64,000 bases of DNA from a bacterium (GCA_021814165.1 JAKAIX010000001.1:150787-214786); one strand, 5' to 3'. Positions 1-9,485 are shown, counted from the stretch's first letter. Notes: generated by a model from the letters alone, not told the origin. Translations and numbers: made by a program.

Positions 1-633
1 CGACTTGTGAGCGCGAATGAGATTATGCAGTACGCGCAGGTATGCCGCGAGAGATCTCCTCTGCGGCGGCCAGTTTCCCAAAAGATAAGATAGGGAAGTA
101 TAAATCTCCGGTTCGTTAAGAGTTATCCAAAAATGAACGTCATCTCCCAATTCAGAAACAACCTTCTTTACAAAGCGCGAGAAATAACGGACGCACTCCG
201 GGGATTCCCATTCTCCTTTCTCCGCAAACCATACGGGAATAGCCCAGTGCCACAACGTAACGAACGGTTCCATGCCGCGTGCACGAAGCGCGGCGATTAC
301 GTCCCGATAGTGCCGGATTTCTTTCTCGTCGAACTTTCCTTCTTTCGGTTCGATGCGCGACCACGCGATCGAAAAGCGGTGTGCGTTGTGTCCAAGCGAT
401 CGGGCGATATCGAAATCTTCTTCATAGCGATGATAGTGGTCGGCGGAGATTCCGGATACATAGTTTTCCCTGCTGAGCGGAGACGGATACATGTCGCGGA
501 TGTAGTCGGGCCATTTTCTTTCCTTCGCCGACTCCGCTTTCTTCTCCGCTGTTTTCTCCTCCCACTCGCTCCAGTTGTCATGATTCCCTCCCTCCACCTG
601 ATGGGAGCTCGTCGCTGCACCGAATAAAAACAT
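1..633 (-). CDS. Glycoside hydrolase family 1 (beta-glucosidase), N-terminal part; runs off window start
   Basis: Hand translation from ATG at 633: MFLFGAATSSHQVEGG...DHYHRYEEDF...RFSIAWSRIEP...PFVTLWHW...WITLNEP. This has the GH1 N-terminal signature and NEP acid/base motif. Missing from the ORF track because the stop is outside the window. Confidence 0.92.
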   Translation of the reverse strand, partial: MFLFGAATSSHQVEGGNHDNWSEWEEKTAEKKAESAKERKWPDYIRDMYPSPLSRENYVSGISADHYHRYEEDFDIARSLGHNAHRFSIAWSRIEPKEGKFDEKEIRHYRDVIAALRARGMEPFVTLWHWAIPVWFAEKGEWESPECVRYFSRFVKKVVSELGDDVHFWITLNEPEIYTSLSYLLGNWPPQRRSLAAYLRVLHNLIRAHKS

Positions 634-658
634 GGTCTTATTATATCAATTTCCTTCC

Positions 659-753
659 TCCGCCTTCGCAGAAATCCACGGGCGGTAAGCCTGCGGATGA
701 ATGCGAGGCGGATCCTTCGTAGCTCGAAGAGCGAAGAAGGATGCTTCGGCGGA
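659..753. repeat. Nested REP-like palindrome cluster between divergent GH1 and murC
   Basis: Outer TCCGCCTTCGCA...TGCTTCGGCGGA encloses ATCC-ACGGGC-ggtaa-GCCTGC-GGAT and TCCTTC-gtagctcgaagagcgaa-GAAGGA hairpins. Confidence 0.6.
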
Positions 754-840
754 TTTTGCCGAGAACGATAAAGAAGCCACGACTATAGAAGTAGGCTCGA
801 CTTCATTCTTTCGGGCACTTGGTCTATATTGAGGAAAAGC

Positions 841-2319
841 ATGGAAAGACGAAAAACCGTCCATTTTGTCGGTATTGGCGGCATCGGCATGAGCGCACTT
901 GCGAGGTGGTTTTTAGCCAGAAAATGGGCTGTTTTTGGCTCCGATATAGCGGAGGGTAAAATTACCCTTGACCTCAGAAAACAGGGCTTAAAGGTCAAAA
1001 TAGGCCATAAAAAGGGCAATATAAGACCTAAAACCGACCTTATTATATATAATAATGCCATCCCCAAGGATAACCTTGAGCTCGGGGAGGCAAAGAAAAG
1101 AGGCATTCCTATCTTTTCATTTCCCGAGGCCCTCGGCGAACTTACCAAACACTACGAGACCTTCGCCGTTGCCGGGGCTCACGGAAAAAGTACGACGACC
1201 TCCCTTCTCTCTCTGGTACTCCTCAAAGCGCGATGGGATCCGACGGTAATCGTCGGAACGAAGCTTAAGGAGTTCACCCCGCCTGCCGATGGCTCGAATT
1301 TCAGAATGGGAAAGAGTTATTATTTGGTGCTCGAGGCGGACGAATGGAAGGCGGCGTTTTTGAACTACTCCCCTACTTACGCGATTATTACAAATATAGA
1401 CAAAGAGCACCTGGACTTCTACAAGAACTTCTCGAATATCAAAAAAACATTCCTGAAATTCATCGGAAACGTAAAACCGAAGGGCTTGCTCGTCGTGAAT
1501 CGCGACAACAAGGATCTCTATGCGCTCCGTGCGCAAATCTCAAAAATCACAAAAGCGCATCACGTGAAGGTGATCTGGTACTCGATCGAGCAATCTTCTC
1601 CTTCTCTTGTGGCGAAACTGAAGAACAACCTCTCGGTTTCCGGGACGCACAACCTCTCGAACGCACTTGCGGTTTACACGCTTGCGCGTCATTTTAACAT
1701 CAACGAGAAACTCATTCTTTCCGCGCTGAAAAGCTACCACGGCGCCTGGCGCCGCTTCGAATACCGCGGACAACTGAAAATCGGGAATAAGGAATTAGGA
1801 ATAAGGAATAGGAGATTGGGAACGCGGCGGGACGACACCATGATTCTTAATTCCAAATTCCTAATTCCCGTCTACGATGACTACGCCCATCACCCAACGG
1901 AGATCGCGGCTACGCTTCAGGCATTCAGGGAAAAATTTCCGAAATCCCATATTATTTGCATATTCCAACCCCACCAGGCGAAACGTCTTAAGCTGCTTTT
2001 CAAGGAATTCACGCAGGCATTCAAGAGCGCGGACACGTTGGTACTCCTCCCCGTATACAAAGTCGCGGGCCGCGATAAAATAAACCCTCGCTATGATTCC
2101 CGCGCCCTCGCGAAAAAGATCGAAAACTCGATATACCTGGGCAATCCTAGTAAGTTGTCAAAAGTGATTCGTAGAGTCGTTGTTAAAAATTTCAAATTAA
2201 AAATTTCTGCCCAAGGCGGATCCGCCTCTGGCGGAAAAAACTATGTGCTCGTCATGATGGGTGCGGGAACGATCGTCGAGGAAACGGATAAATTACTAAA
2301 AATGTCAAAATCCAAATGA
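841..2319 (+). CDS. murC: UDP-N-acetylmuramate--L-alanine ligase
   Basis: HFVGIGGIGMSALA, AVAGAHGKSTTT P-loop, VLEADE, RRFE, DDYAHHPTEI, FQPH and MGAG motifs. Contains repeat-derived insertions (see findings). Confidence 0.96.
   Translation: MERRKTVHFVGIGGIGMSALARWFLARKWAVFGSDIAEGKITLDLRKQGLKVKIGHKKGNIRPKTDLIIYNNAIPKDNLELGEAKKRGIPIFSFPEALGELTKHYETFAVAGAHGKSTTTSLLSLVLLKARWDPTVIVGTKLKEFTPPADGSNFRMGKSYYLVLEADEWKAAFLNYSPTYAIITNIDKEHLDFYKNFSNIKKTFLKFIGNVKPKGLLVVNRDNKDLYALRAQISKITKAHHVKVIWYSIEQSSPSLVAKLKNNLSVSGTHNLSNALAVYTLARHFNINEKLILSALKSYHGAWRRFEYRGQLKIGNKELGIRNRRLGTRRDDTMILNSKFLIPVYDDYAHHPTEIAATLQAFREKFPKSHIICIFQPHQAKRLKLLFKEFTQAFKSADTLVLLPVYKVAGRDKINPRYDSRALAKKIENSIYLGNPSKLSKVIRRVVVKNFKLKISAQGGSASGGKNYVLVMMGAGTIVEETDKLLKMSKSK
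1782..1870. repeat. Inverted heptamer-repeat insertion, in frame inside murC
   Basis: Left arm CG-GGAATAA-GGAATTA-GGAATAA-GGAAT; right arm ATTCTTA-ATTCCAA-ATTCCTA-ATTCCCG is an approximate reverse complement. Confidence 0.85.
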
Positions 2320-2420
2320 CTAATATCAAATTAAATCGGGATGCTTAAATGTTAAAAAACGTTTTTATCATTTCAGTTTTGTCATTGATTCGACATTTGG
2401 CATTTGAAATTTAGATTTCC
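2301..2420. repeat. Inverted degenerate heptamer tandem-repeat array at the murC 3' end
   Basis: AATGTCA AAATCCA AATGACT AATATCA ... GACATTT GGCATTT GAAATTT AGATTT. Confidence 0.7.
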
Positions 2421-2424
2421 AACT

Positions 2425-3189
2425 ATGAATACTTTTTCTTCTCCTAAAGAATTCAAAGAAACGTGCGGCTATGAAATAGATAATTTCTGGTATCCTCGCG
2501 TAACAAAAATTGTGGAGATTAAAGCAAAACCGGCGCTTTACCGTTTTTACGCGTCGATGAATAATTTCGACGAAGGAGAACGGATGAAGCAAAAATCCGC
2601 CGAGGAAGGGACATTAATCCACGAGACGGTTGAGGCGCTGCTCCTTGGCGAACATCCCGCAATCCCCTCCTCCGTAGCGCCGTCCATCAGGGCATTCGAG
2701 GAGTTTACCGACAAAAACAGCATTCAGGTGAACAAGGAGTTCGTCGAGCGACGGCTCGTAAATTTCGAGGAGCGCTATGCGGGAACGCTTGATGCGATCG
2801 CGGTAATCGACGGCAGGGTTGGGATTCTGGACATCAAAACCTCGCAGGAGGTGTATCGCGATTACAACCTCCAGACATCGGCCTATATGGCGGCAATGAA
2901 AGATATCGTACCGGAACTCGAGACGAGATGGATTCTGCGAATCGACCAGACTCGACGCTGTAAAAAGTGCGGAAGTTTACTCCGCAGCAAGGGCGGGAGA
3001 GACAAGGTGCGTTTGAACTGGAGAAATTACTCCTCAAGAACATGCGTGCACGAATGGGGCCAGATGGAAGGAGAAGTGGAACTCAAAGAATTCCCTACCT
3101 GGCACGAGGACTATCATGCCTTTCTCGGTGCAAAGAAACTCTGGGAGTGGGAGCATATAGACTGGCTGAAGAAAGTGGGATATTTGTAA
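2425..3189 (+). CDS. PD-(D/E)XK nuclease (RecB/phage-exonuclease-like) with CxxC...CxH insert
   Basis: YPRVT, GTLIHE, E..L, YAGTLD, ILDIKTS and LQTSAY motifs; CKKC and CVH. Confidence 0.8.
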   Translation: MNTFSSPKEFKETCGYEIDNFWYPRVTKIVEIKAKPALYRFYASMNNFDEGERMKQKSAEEGTLIHETVEALLLGEHPAIPSSVAPSIRAFEEFTDKNSIQVNKEFVERRLVNFEERYAGTLDAIAVIDGRVGILDIKTSQEVYRDYNLQTSAYMAAMKDIVPELETRWILRIDQTRRCKKCGSLLRSKGGRDKVRLNWRNYSSRTCVHEWGQMEGEVELKEFPTWHEDYHAFLGAKKLWEWEHIDWLKKVGYL

Positions 3190-3212
3190 AATTAGAAACT
3201 CTCAAAAAATGC

Positions 3213-3245
3213 AAAAGCCGTGAAAGATGTTCTCCACGGCTTTTT
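3213..3245. terminator. Probable bidirectional intrinsic terminator
   Basis: AAAAGCCGTG-loop-CACGGCTTTT between convergent genes. Confidence 0.7.
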
Positions 3246-3386
3246 TGACTTCAACAGGTTCTCGAATGACGACATGCATAACCAAACAGTAACAAGAATG
3301 GAAAAAATATCAAAACTTTCAAAATCTCAACAATCGGACCAAAAATGCACACTAGTATGAAAAGTAATTTTTTCATACTCACCTCC

Positions 3387-3746
3387 TTATACTGGTTTTC
3401 TGAAACGGACAATACGGAGATTAGAACGTTTTATCCTTTGTGAGACCGGAATTACAAAGTACTCTTCCTCCCACGGAACAAACGCCCGAAATCCTTTGAA
3501 CTTGACCATTGAGCCCCTTACCTTTTCGACAGTAAGAGATCGGGACGGAATCTGTTCAAGGAGTATTATTCTCCCAGAAAAATACAGAAGATAGAGAACA
3601 TTCTTCGCTCGTACAACCTTCCCGACTAATTCGTCAGATGCATGTACTGCCGATGTACGCAATAACTTTCCAGCAATGACATTCTCTACTAGAAAGCTAC
3701 GGTCGGCAAAGAACTTGAGTTCTTTTTCATCCACAATTGTCACCAT
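3387..3746 (-). CDS. Hypothetical protein (AT-rich accessory)
   Basis: 119 aa ORF with an AAGGA-like SD and upstream TTGACT-17-TAGGAT promoter (~3797-3825). Confidence 0.6.
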   Translation of the reverse strand: MVTIVDEKELKFFADRSFLVENVIAGKLLRTSAVHASDELVGKVVRAKNVLYLLYFSGRIILLEQIPSRSLTVEKVRGSMVKFKGFRAFVPWEEEYFVIPVSQRIKRSNLRIVRFRKPV

Positions 3747-3874
3747 GATCTATTCCTTCTGAAGTTTTTAATAGCTTGCTAGGTTAAACTAATTGCATCC
3801 TAACGCCCACGCGAAGAGGAGTCAATCCTTCATAAAACAAAGTGACGTCCCGTAAGGAAACGTCATTGTTAATA

Positions 3875-4155
3875 AATAAAAGTGGTGGCTTGGAGAGAAG
3901 ATGAACATCTCCTCCTTATTGCCTTGATTCAGAACCAGCCAATTCGAATTAAGGCAACTTGGTCCCAAAGCTTACTCCTATTTCCTTTCGGAACCCTTTT
4001 TTTCGCTGCATAGTCCGTGAAGGGAAGTAATTCGGAGAAAGATTATCCCGTAGGCATTCCCCGGATTTTTAGCCACCGAACCTCCACAGACCCTGCCTTG
4101 TGTCCCCTCTCTTAAGAAAACAAGGCAGAGTCAGCGGAAATTCTTTATTTCAAGT
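3875..4155 (-). ncRNA. Candidate structured non-coding RNA of unknown class
   Basis: No ORF of 60 aa or more. A ~21-bp 5' hairpin with G-U pairs on the minus strand is followed by a multibranch domain closed by GGTGGCT/AGCCACC, then a T-rich tract. Upstream TTGACG-18-TACAAC. Confidence 0.5.
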
Positions 4156-4215
4156 TGCTATGACGTTGTACTCCTTTTCTCTTACAATCGTCAAGCTTAA
4201 ACCGAATCCCCGAAC

Positions 4216-4255
4216 CAGCCTCAAAATTTATGCATATGCATAAATTTTGAGGCTG
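4216..4255. repeat. Perfect 40-bp palindrome (relative at 39714)
   Basis: CAGCCTCAAAATTTATGCATATGCATAAATTTTGAGGCTG. Confidence 0.9.
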
Positions 4256-4258
4256 CTG

Positions 4259-4426
4259 CTACCCGCTGTGTTTTTCGATAATAATAGGGGGTTGATTTTT
4301 CTCCTGCCCTACGAGATACCCCACCCCGAAACTTGAGAGGATAAGAAGAACGAGCCCTCCCCAGAAGATGATCCAGGCACGGTTATCCTTGAACCATATT
4401 CCTATTGACCCTATACGATCTTTCAT
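4259..4426 (-). CDS. Small single-TM membrane protein
   Basis: MKDRIG...[29 protein letters not shown]. Confidence 0.65.
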   Translation of the reverse strand: MKDRIGSIGIWFKDNRAWIIFWGGLVLLILSSFGVGYLVGQEKNQPPIIIEKHSG

Positions 4427-4564
4427 GTAGTATTTATTGTACAAAATCGGACATTAAGGAATGGCGCCCCGCACTTCTTTAATAGTCAAAGAGAGAAATG
4501 CGGGATGCTCATAGTTGTGGTGAAATATTCTCACCCAGCTTTGGGCGAAAATATTTCAACAACT

Positions 4565-4837
4565 ATGGCACATACAAAGGCAAAAGGATCTACCAAATTA
4601 GGAAGAGAATCCGAGTCTAAACGGCTTGGCGTGAAGCTGTTTGACGGCGAGATCGCGAAACCGGGCAATATCCTAATCCGCCAGCGCGGCACGAAATACT
4701 ACCCCGGTATAAACGTAAAACAAGGCAGCGACGACACGCTTTATGCGATAAAAAACGGAACGGTTAAATTCACGACGAGAACGAAGAAAAATTTCAACGG
4801 TTCCTCGAAGAAAGTGAAAGTAGTAAACGTGGTGTAG
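4565..4837 (+). CDS. rpmA: 50S ribosomal protein bL27
   Basis: [24 protein letters not shown]...[11 protein letters not shown]. Confidence 0.97.
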   Translation: MAHTKAKGSTKLGRESESKRLGVKLFDGEIAKPGNILIRQRGTKYYPGINVKQGSDDTLYAIKNGTVKFTTRTKKNFNGSSKKVKVVNVV

Positions 4838-4841
4838 GGAT

Positions 4842-4929
4842 ATACCCGCATCATATTCCCCCTCAGCTCGGGCGCTCCGGGCCGCTTGGCCAAGTCCTAC
4901 CCTCGTTCGGAGGAATATGATGCGGGTAT
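4842..4929 (+). repeat. Stem-loop element with conserved core (sibling at 41381-41463)
   Basis: 18-bp perfect IR ATACCCGCATCATATTCC; core GCGCTCCGGGCCGCTTGGCCAAGTCCTACCC. Confidence 0.85.
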
Positions 4930-4978
4930 GTGCGGGAGAAGAGGATCCGAAAATGTAAAATGCCCTTCAGGGCGTTTT

Positions 4979-5422
4979 TTATTTTTCATCCGGTTCAACT
5001 TGGACGTTTATCTCCGCTTTTATCCCCTCCCCGAAATCGATTGTGATGGCATGAGTACCGAGCGTCTTGATTGATTTTTCAAGCATCGGTTTCGCATGTG
5101 CAACTTTTTCCTTCTTGAGCTCCTCTTCAATATCCTTCTTGGTCACCGATCCGAAAACCGAGTCGTGTTCGCCGGTCTTCACCGCAAAGGAAAGCGTCTT
5201 CCCCTGCACTTTCTTTGCTTCCTCGCGGAGCGATGTAATAAGCGCTTCATGCTCCGCGGCGAGCTTTTTTCTTTGCACCTCAAGTTTCGCGAGTGCATCT
5301 TTCGTAGCGAACATCGCGAGTCCCTTGGGAATCAAAAGATTACGCGCATAACCATCCGAAACATCCTTTACTTCAAATTTCCTTCCTACGCCGCGAATGT
5401 CCTGTAGCAAGATAACCTTCAT
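4979..5422 (-). CDS. rplI: 50S ribosomal protein bL9
   Basis: MKVILLQDIRGVGRKFEVKDVSDGYARNLLIPKGLA...FGSVT. Confidence 0.97.
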   Translation of the reverse strand: MKVILLQDIRGVGRKFEVKDVSDGYARNLLIPKGLAMFATKDALAKLEVQRKKLAAEHEALITSLREEAKKVQGKTLSFAVKTGEHDSVFGSVTKKDIEEELKKEKVAHAKPMLEKSIKTLGTHAITIDFGEGIKAEINVQVEPDEK

Positions 5423-5429
5423 CTTGTCT

Positions 5430-6647
5430 TTATCTTGTTATTTCTTTCTTTATGATCTCCATTGCCTTATCGTACTGCGGATCTTTCCCGCTTTTGGCAT
5501 TATCTTCCGTGAGCTTCACTTCCACATCGGGTTCAAGTCCTTTTTTATTGATCTGATGTCCTTTTGGCGTAAGCCATTCCGCAATCGAAACTTTCATGGA
5601 CGACCCGTCCTTCAAATACTCCACCTCCTGCACGCTTCCTTTTCCGAATGTCTTTTCTCCTACAAGTTTGATGCCGCGCTGATCCTGCAACGCACCCGCG
5701 AGAATTTCCGATGCCGATGCGGAGCCGCCGTCCACGAGCACCACAACCGGAAGATTCAGGAACGCCTGGTTCCCGTTGGCGCGAAGATAGTTTTCTTCTC
5801 CTGATCTGAGCTTCTCGCGTACTACAATATCTCCCCGTTTCAAAAACCATCCTGCGATATCGTGCGCGGCCTCCAGATATCCGCCGGGATCGTTTCGGAG
5901 ATCAAGTACAACTCCTTTTACGCCCTGAAAGAGTGCGGAGAATGCCGCATCGTAGAACGCCGAAGGAGCGTTCCCGTTGAAATTGTAAAGCTGAATGTAC
6001 GCAATATCGCCGTCTACCACCTTCCAGTCGAGCGTTGGAATCGTGATTGTCGCACGCGTCACTTCTATCTCTTTTGCTTCTTTCCATCCTTCCCGGACGA
6101 TAAGAAGCTTCACTTTCGTACCTACGGGACCCCGTATCAGTTTTACCGCCTCATCCACCGTAAGATCGCTCGCTACCGTGTCGTCAATCTTCAATATTTT
6201 GTCACCTGCCTTGAGCCCCGCTTTTTCCGCAGGATTATCTTTCATGGGAGCAACAATCGCAAGTTGTTCATCCTGCATACCAATCTCGGCGCCGATACCG
6301 CCGAAGTTCCCGTTTAAGTCCTCCTCAAATTTCTTCGCGTCGCTCGGCGGAAAGAATACCGTATACGGATCACCGGTCGATTGTACCGCACCCTTGATCG
6401 CGCCGTACAAAATATCCTGATCACTCACGTCCTTGATACCATAATAATTCCCTTTTAACGTTTTGATTGCATCACCAAAGAGCGAGAAGTCGACATCCCC
6501 GAGAACTCCTTGCTCAAGCTTTGGCGAAACGGGTTCCGCATCCGCTCTCTTTGAATACCCCGTCTGAAACCCTCCATAAAAAATACCGATCGCAACAAGA
6601 ATTGCGAGCAGGATAAGTGAAATCCTTTTCCTGTAGTTATATTCCAT
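5430..6647 (-). CDS. ctpA: Carboxyl-terminal processing protease (S41, PDZ)
   Basis: N-terminal TM; DPYT, GIG, LDLRNDPGG, SASASEI and KTFGKGSVQ motifs. Confidence 0.93.
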   Translation of the reverse strand: MEYNYRKRISLILLAILVAIGIFYGGFQTGYSKRADAEPVSPKLEQGVLGDVDFSLFGDAIKTLKGNYYGIKDVSDQDILYGAIKGAVQSTGDPYTVFFPPSDAKKFEEDLNGNFGGIGAEIGMQDEQLAIVAPMKDNPAEKAGLKAGDKILKIDDTVASDLTVDEAVKLIRGPVGTKVKLLIVREGWKEAKEIEVTRATITIPTLDWKVVDGDIAYIQLYNFNGNAPSAFYDAAFSALFQGVKGVVLDLRNDPGGYLEAAHDIAGWFLKRGDIVVREKLRSGEENYLRANGNQAFLNLPVVVLVDGGSASASEILAGALQDQRGIKLVGEKTFGKGSVQEVEYLKDGSSMKVSIAEWLTPKGHQINKKGLEPDVEVKLTEDNAKSGKDPQYDKAMEIIKKEITR

Positions 6648-6756
6648 CACTTTATTAAAGAGGAAAAAGCCGGAAAAAGCAAAAATATATCGATAATCCT
6701 GAGGAGCGGAACGACGTCGGGTTTACCTTGTTAAGATTATAATCTCGACAGATTGA

Positions 6757-7329
6757 TCAAAGAGGAATTTCGAACACCGTTTCATATTCCGCGCCTTTCC
6801 TAGAAAGATGCGATTCGACAAGCCGAATCGCCTCGGCGCGGTAGGATCGCCCCACGGGAACGCGAAGCGGAGGAAGAGTGCGAATGGGAACCGACTCGAA
6901 TCGCGCGAGCGTAAGATGCCCCTGATACGTTCTTTCTTGTTCCTCCCATGTCACTCCCCTCTTTTTGAGTTCGATCTCCAGACTATTTTTCAAAAATCCT
7001 ATTTTGTGCGAACTCTCCTTATCGGTCGTGAGCCAAATCCCCCGTGCATCTCCACGGGGCGGAAAAGGTCCGTACGTAACCGCATCGAGCGCTATGATAA
7101 CCTCCGTTTTCTCCCGATGCGCGATTGCTTGTTCTATTGAATCTCTTATCGCGTCGATCACCGTTTCTTCCTGATTACCGAGAAACAGTACGGTAAAGTG
7201 CCAGTTCCCTTCGGGGACGATCCTTAAACGCTCGACGCGAGGAAAGCGAATATTCGAAAATACTCGATAAATCTCGCGCTGCAATGAGTCTGGAATCGGA
7301 ATCGCGATAAAAAGGCGTCTTGCGTCCAT
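6757..7329 (-). CDS. thpR: RNA 2',3'-cyclic phosphodiesterase (2H family)
   Basis: RLFIAI, two HxT motifs (HFTV, HLTL), LVESHL..GAEY. Confidence 0.9.
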   Translation of the reverse strand: MDARRLFIAIPIPDSLQREIYRVFSNIRFPRVERLRIVPEGNWHFTVLFLGNQEETVIDAIRDSIEQAIAHREKTEVIIALDAVTYGPFPPRGDARGIWLTTDKESSHKIGFLKNSLEIELKKRGVTWEEQERTYQGHLTLARFESVPIRTLPPLRVPVGRSYRAEAIRLVESHLSRKGAEYETVFEIPL

Positions 7330-7380
7330 ATGATTCTATCTGGTGTCCGATGGTATTCTAACATACAATAGTAATATCGC

Positions 7381-7662
7381 ATGGATGACAATGTGCAAAA
7401 AGACTATCTTGCGTCGCTAAAAGAGCGGGGAAAGGAAAGCCGTGTCTACAAGAAATATCAAATGACGGGTCTCATGCTCGCGGAAATACTCGGTGACAAC
7501 GCACACAAAGCGCTTTATATCAAGCTCGCGAAGGATCACGACGAAGAGAAACTCGTTCGGCTCGCAAAAGACATCGCGGAGAAAAAAAACATACGGAACA
7601 AAGGTGCGTATTTCATGAGAATGCTTTTTGATGGAAGAAAAAATACTTCTCATCACGAATAA
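7381..7662 (+). CDS. Hypothetical protein
   Basis: 93 aa ORF overlapping the def start; helical, NKGAYFM near the C-terminus. Confidence 0.7.
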   Translation: MDDNVQKDYLASLKERGKESRVYKKYQMTGLMLAEILGDNAHKALYIKLAKDHDEEKLVRLAKDIAEKKNIRNKGAYFMRMLFDGRKNTSHHE

Positions 7663-8149
7663 GGATGACGAGTCGTTCTTAAGGAAAAAAACGATCCCTT
7701 TTGATTTCACGACGCACCCTTTGAAGGAGGTGCAGGCGCTCGTAAAATCGATGCGCGAGATAATGAAAAAGGCGGACGGCGTCGGACTAAGCGCAAATCA
7801 GGTGGGTCTCCCCTACCGCATGTTCGTGGCACAGGTACCGGACAGCCAGGGCCAGGTAAAATTCTACGCGATCTTCAATCCGGAAATTGTCAAACAATCG
7901 AAAGAAACGGAGATCGTTGAAGAGGGCTGCCTGAGTGTTCCTCGAAAATTCGGATCCGTTGAACGGCGGTACCGCCTCACGCTCACGGGGTTCGATATGC
8001 GCGGAAAGAAACTCAAGATTAACGCATGGGGACTCCTCGCAAGGGTATTCCAGCACGAGACGGATCATCTGGAAGGAAAACTCTTCGTGGATAAAGCGAA
8101 GGTACTACACAGTGTCGAGGATTTCGGAAACGAGAACGAAGAATCGTGA
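7631..8149 (+). CDS. def: Peptide deformylase
   Basis: GVGLSANQVG, EGCLS and QHETDHLEG motifs. Confidence 0.97.
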   Translation: MEEKILLITNKDDESFLRKKTIPFDFTTHPLKEVQALVKSMREIMKKADGVGLSANQVGLPYRMFVAQVPDSQGQVKFYAIFNPEIVKQSKETEIVEEGCLSVPRKFGSVERRYRLTLTGFDMRGKKLKINAWGLLARVFQHETDHLEGKLFVDKAKVLHSVEDFGNENEES

Positions 8150-8159
8150 ACGACGAACC

Positions 8160-9050
8160 ATGGAAAATTTTCTGACTCCCAATTCAAAATTCGTGTTTTT
8201 CGGTACGCCTCGTTTCGCGGAGATTGTCTTGGAAAAACTCATCCAAGGAGAGATGCCACCCGCGCTCGTCGTCACGAACCCCGATCGCCCCGTGGGAAGA
8301 AAACAGATTATTACCCCGCCTCCCGTGAAACAGAGAATCATGAATTATGAATCAGGAATTAGGGAAAAAATCAAAATTCTGCAACCGGAAAAATTGGACC
8401 CTTCTTTATTCCCAATTCCCAATTCCCAATTCGACTTCGCCATTCTTGCTTCCTACGGGAAGATAATTCCGAAGGAAATCATCGAGCTCTTTCCCAAGGG
8501 AATTATCGTTGTACACGGTTCTCTTCTTCCAAAATACCGAGGCGCGACGCCAATCCAGACCGCGCTCTTGAACGGCGACCTGACAACCGGCATTACGCTT
8601 CTCCTTATGGACGAAAAGGTAGATCACGGGGAGATACTCTCGAGCTCCGAACTGCAAATCCTTCCCGATGATACCTATACTTCTCTCATCGAAAAACTTG
8701 CCAACATAAGTGCGGAGCTGCTCTTGAAAACAATTCCGAAATATCTCGCGGGAAAGATTATTCCACGGGAACAAAATCACGCGGAAGCGACGTTCACAAA
8801 AAAATTCAGAACAGAGGACGGATTCTTGCCTTGGAACCATCTTAAGGAGGCGGAAGAACAAGGCGGAGAGAAAGCGGCGACAATCGACCGAATGATACGG
8901 GCGCTGAATCCGGATCCGGGAGTGTATACGCTGAAGGAAGAGAAAAGAATAAAACTCCTCGAAGCGAAACTTGAGAACGGGAAATTACAACTTGTGAAGA
9001 TCCAAGAGGAAGGGAAGAAACCAAAAATTATCGAGGCCCGGCCTCGATAA
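8160..9050 (+). CDS. fmt: Methionyl-tRNA formyltransferase
   Basis: FFGTPRFA, VTNPDRPVGR, HGSLLPKYRGATPIQ. The C-terminus IEARPR* is encoded by a palindrome. Confidence 0.95.
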   Translation: MENFLTPNSKFVFFGTPRFAEIVLEKLIQGEMPPALVVTNPDRPVGRKQIITPPPVKQRIMNYESGIREKIKILQPEKLDPSLFPIPNSQFDFAILASYGKIIPKEIIELFPKGIIVVHGSLLPKYRGATPIQTALLNGDLTTGITLLLMDEKVDHGEILSSSELQILPDDTYTSLIEKLANISAELLLKTIPKYLAGKIIPREQNHAEATFTKKFRTEDGFLPWNHLKEAEEQGGEKAATIDRMIRALNPDPGVYTLKEEKRIKLLEAKLENGKLQLVKIQEEGKKPKIIEARPR

Positions 9051-9090
9051 TGTTATCCACAGAATATATTGAGGCCCGGCCTCGATATAT
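9027..9090. repeat. Tandem GAGGCCCGGCCTC palindromes with an intervening DnaA-box sequence
   Basis: ATTATCGAGGCCCGGCCTCGATAAT-GTTATCCACA-GA-ATATATTGAGGCCCGGCCTCGATATAT. Confidence 0.85.
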
Positions 9091-9485
9091 TACTCGGTTG
9101 TTTTACCGTCGAAGTGATCGCCTTCATCCTTCATCGCATCCGCTTTTTCGGGATGTACCGTTTTATCTTTGTGTTCCGGCGGAGAATAGACGGTATAGAG
9201 TTTCATCGGCTCATTCGAGGTATTGACCACATTATGCCGCGTTCCTTCCGGAACCACGATCGCGTAATCCGCTTCGACGTTGTGTTCGACACCGTCCAAG
9301 ATCGCGACGCCGCTCCCCTTTTCGATCCGGATAAACTGATCCAGATCGTGTACTTCCTCCCCTATTTCTTCGCCCGGTTTCAGCGCCATCACGACGAGCT
9401 GGCTGTGCTTCGCGGTATAAAGCACTCTGCGGAAGTTCTCGTTTCCTTCCGTTTCCTTCTCGATGTTTCCTACGTATCCTTTCAT
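9090..9485 (-). CDS. Cupin domain protein
   Basis: EIGEEVH..DQFIRIEKG and VPEGTRHNV cupin motifs. Confidence 0.9.
   Translation of the reverse strand: MKGYVGNIEKETEGNENFRRVLYTAKHSQLVVMALKPGEEIGEEVHDLDQFIRIEKGSGVAILDGVEHNVEADYAIVVPEGTRHNVVNTSNEPMKLYTVYSPPEHKDKTVHPEKADAMKDEGDHFDGKTTE

Noticed and set aside
3822-3908. Short (~28 aa) minus-strand ORF after TAAGGAGG in the ncRNA candidate
   Set aside because: SD-ATG spacing is only 2 nt and the ORF runs through terminator-like structure.
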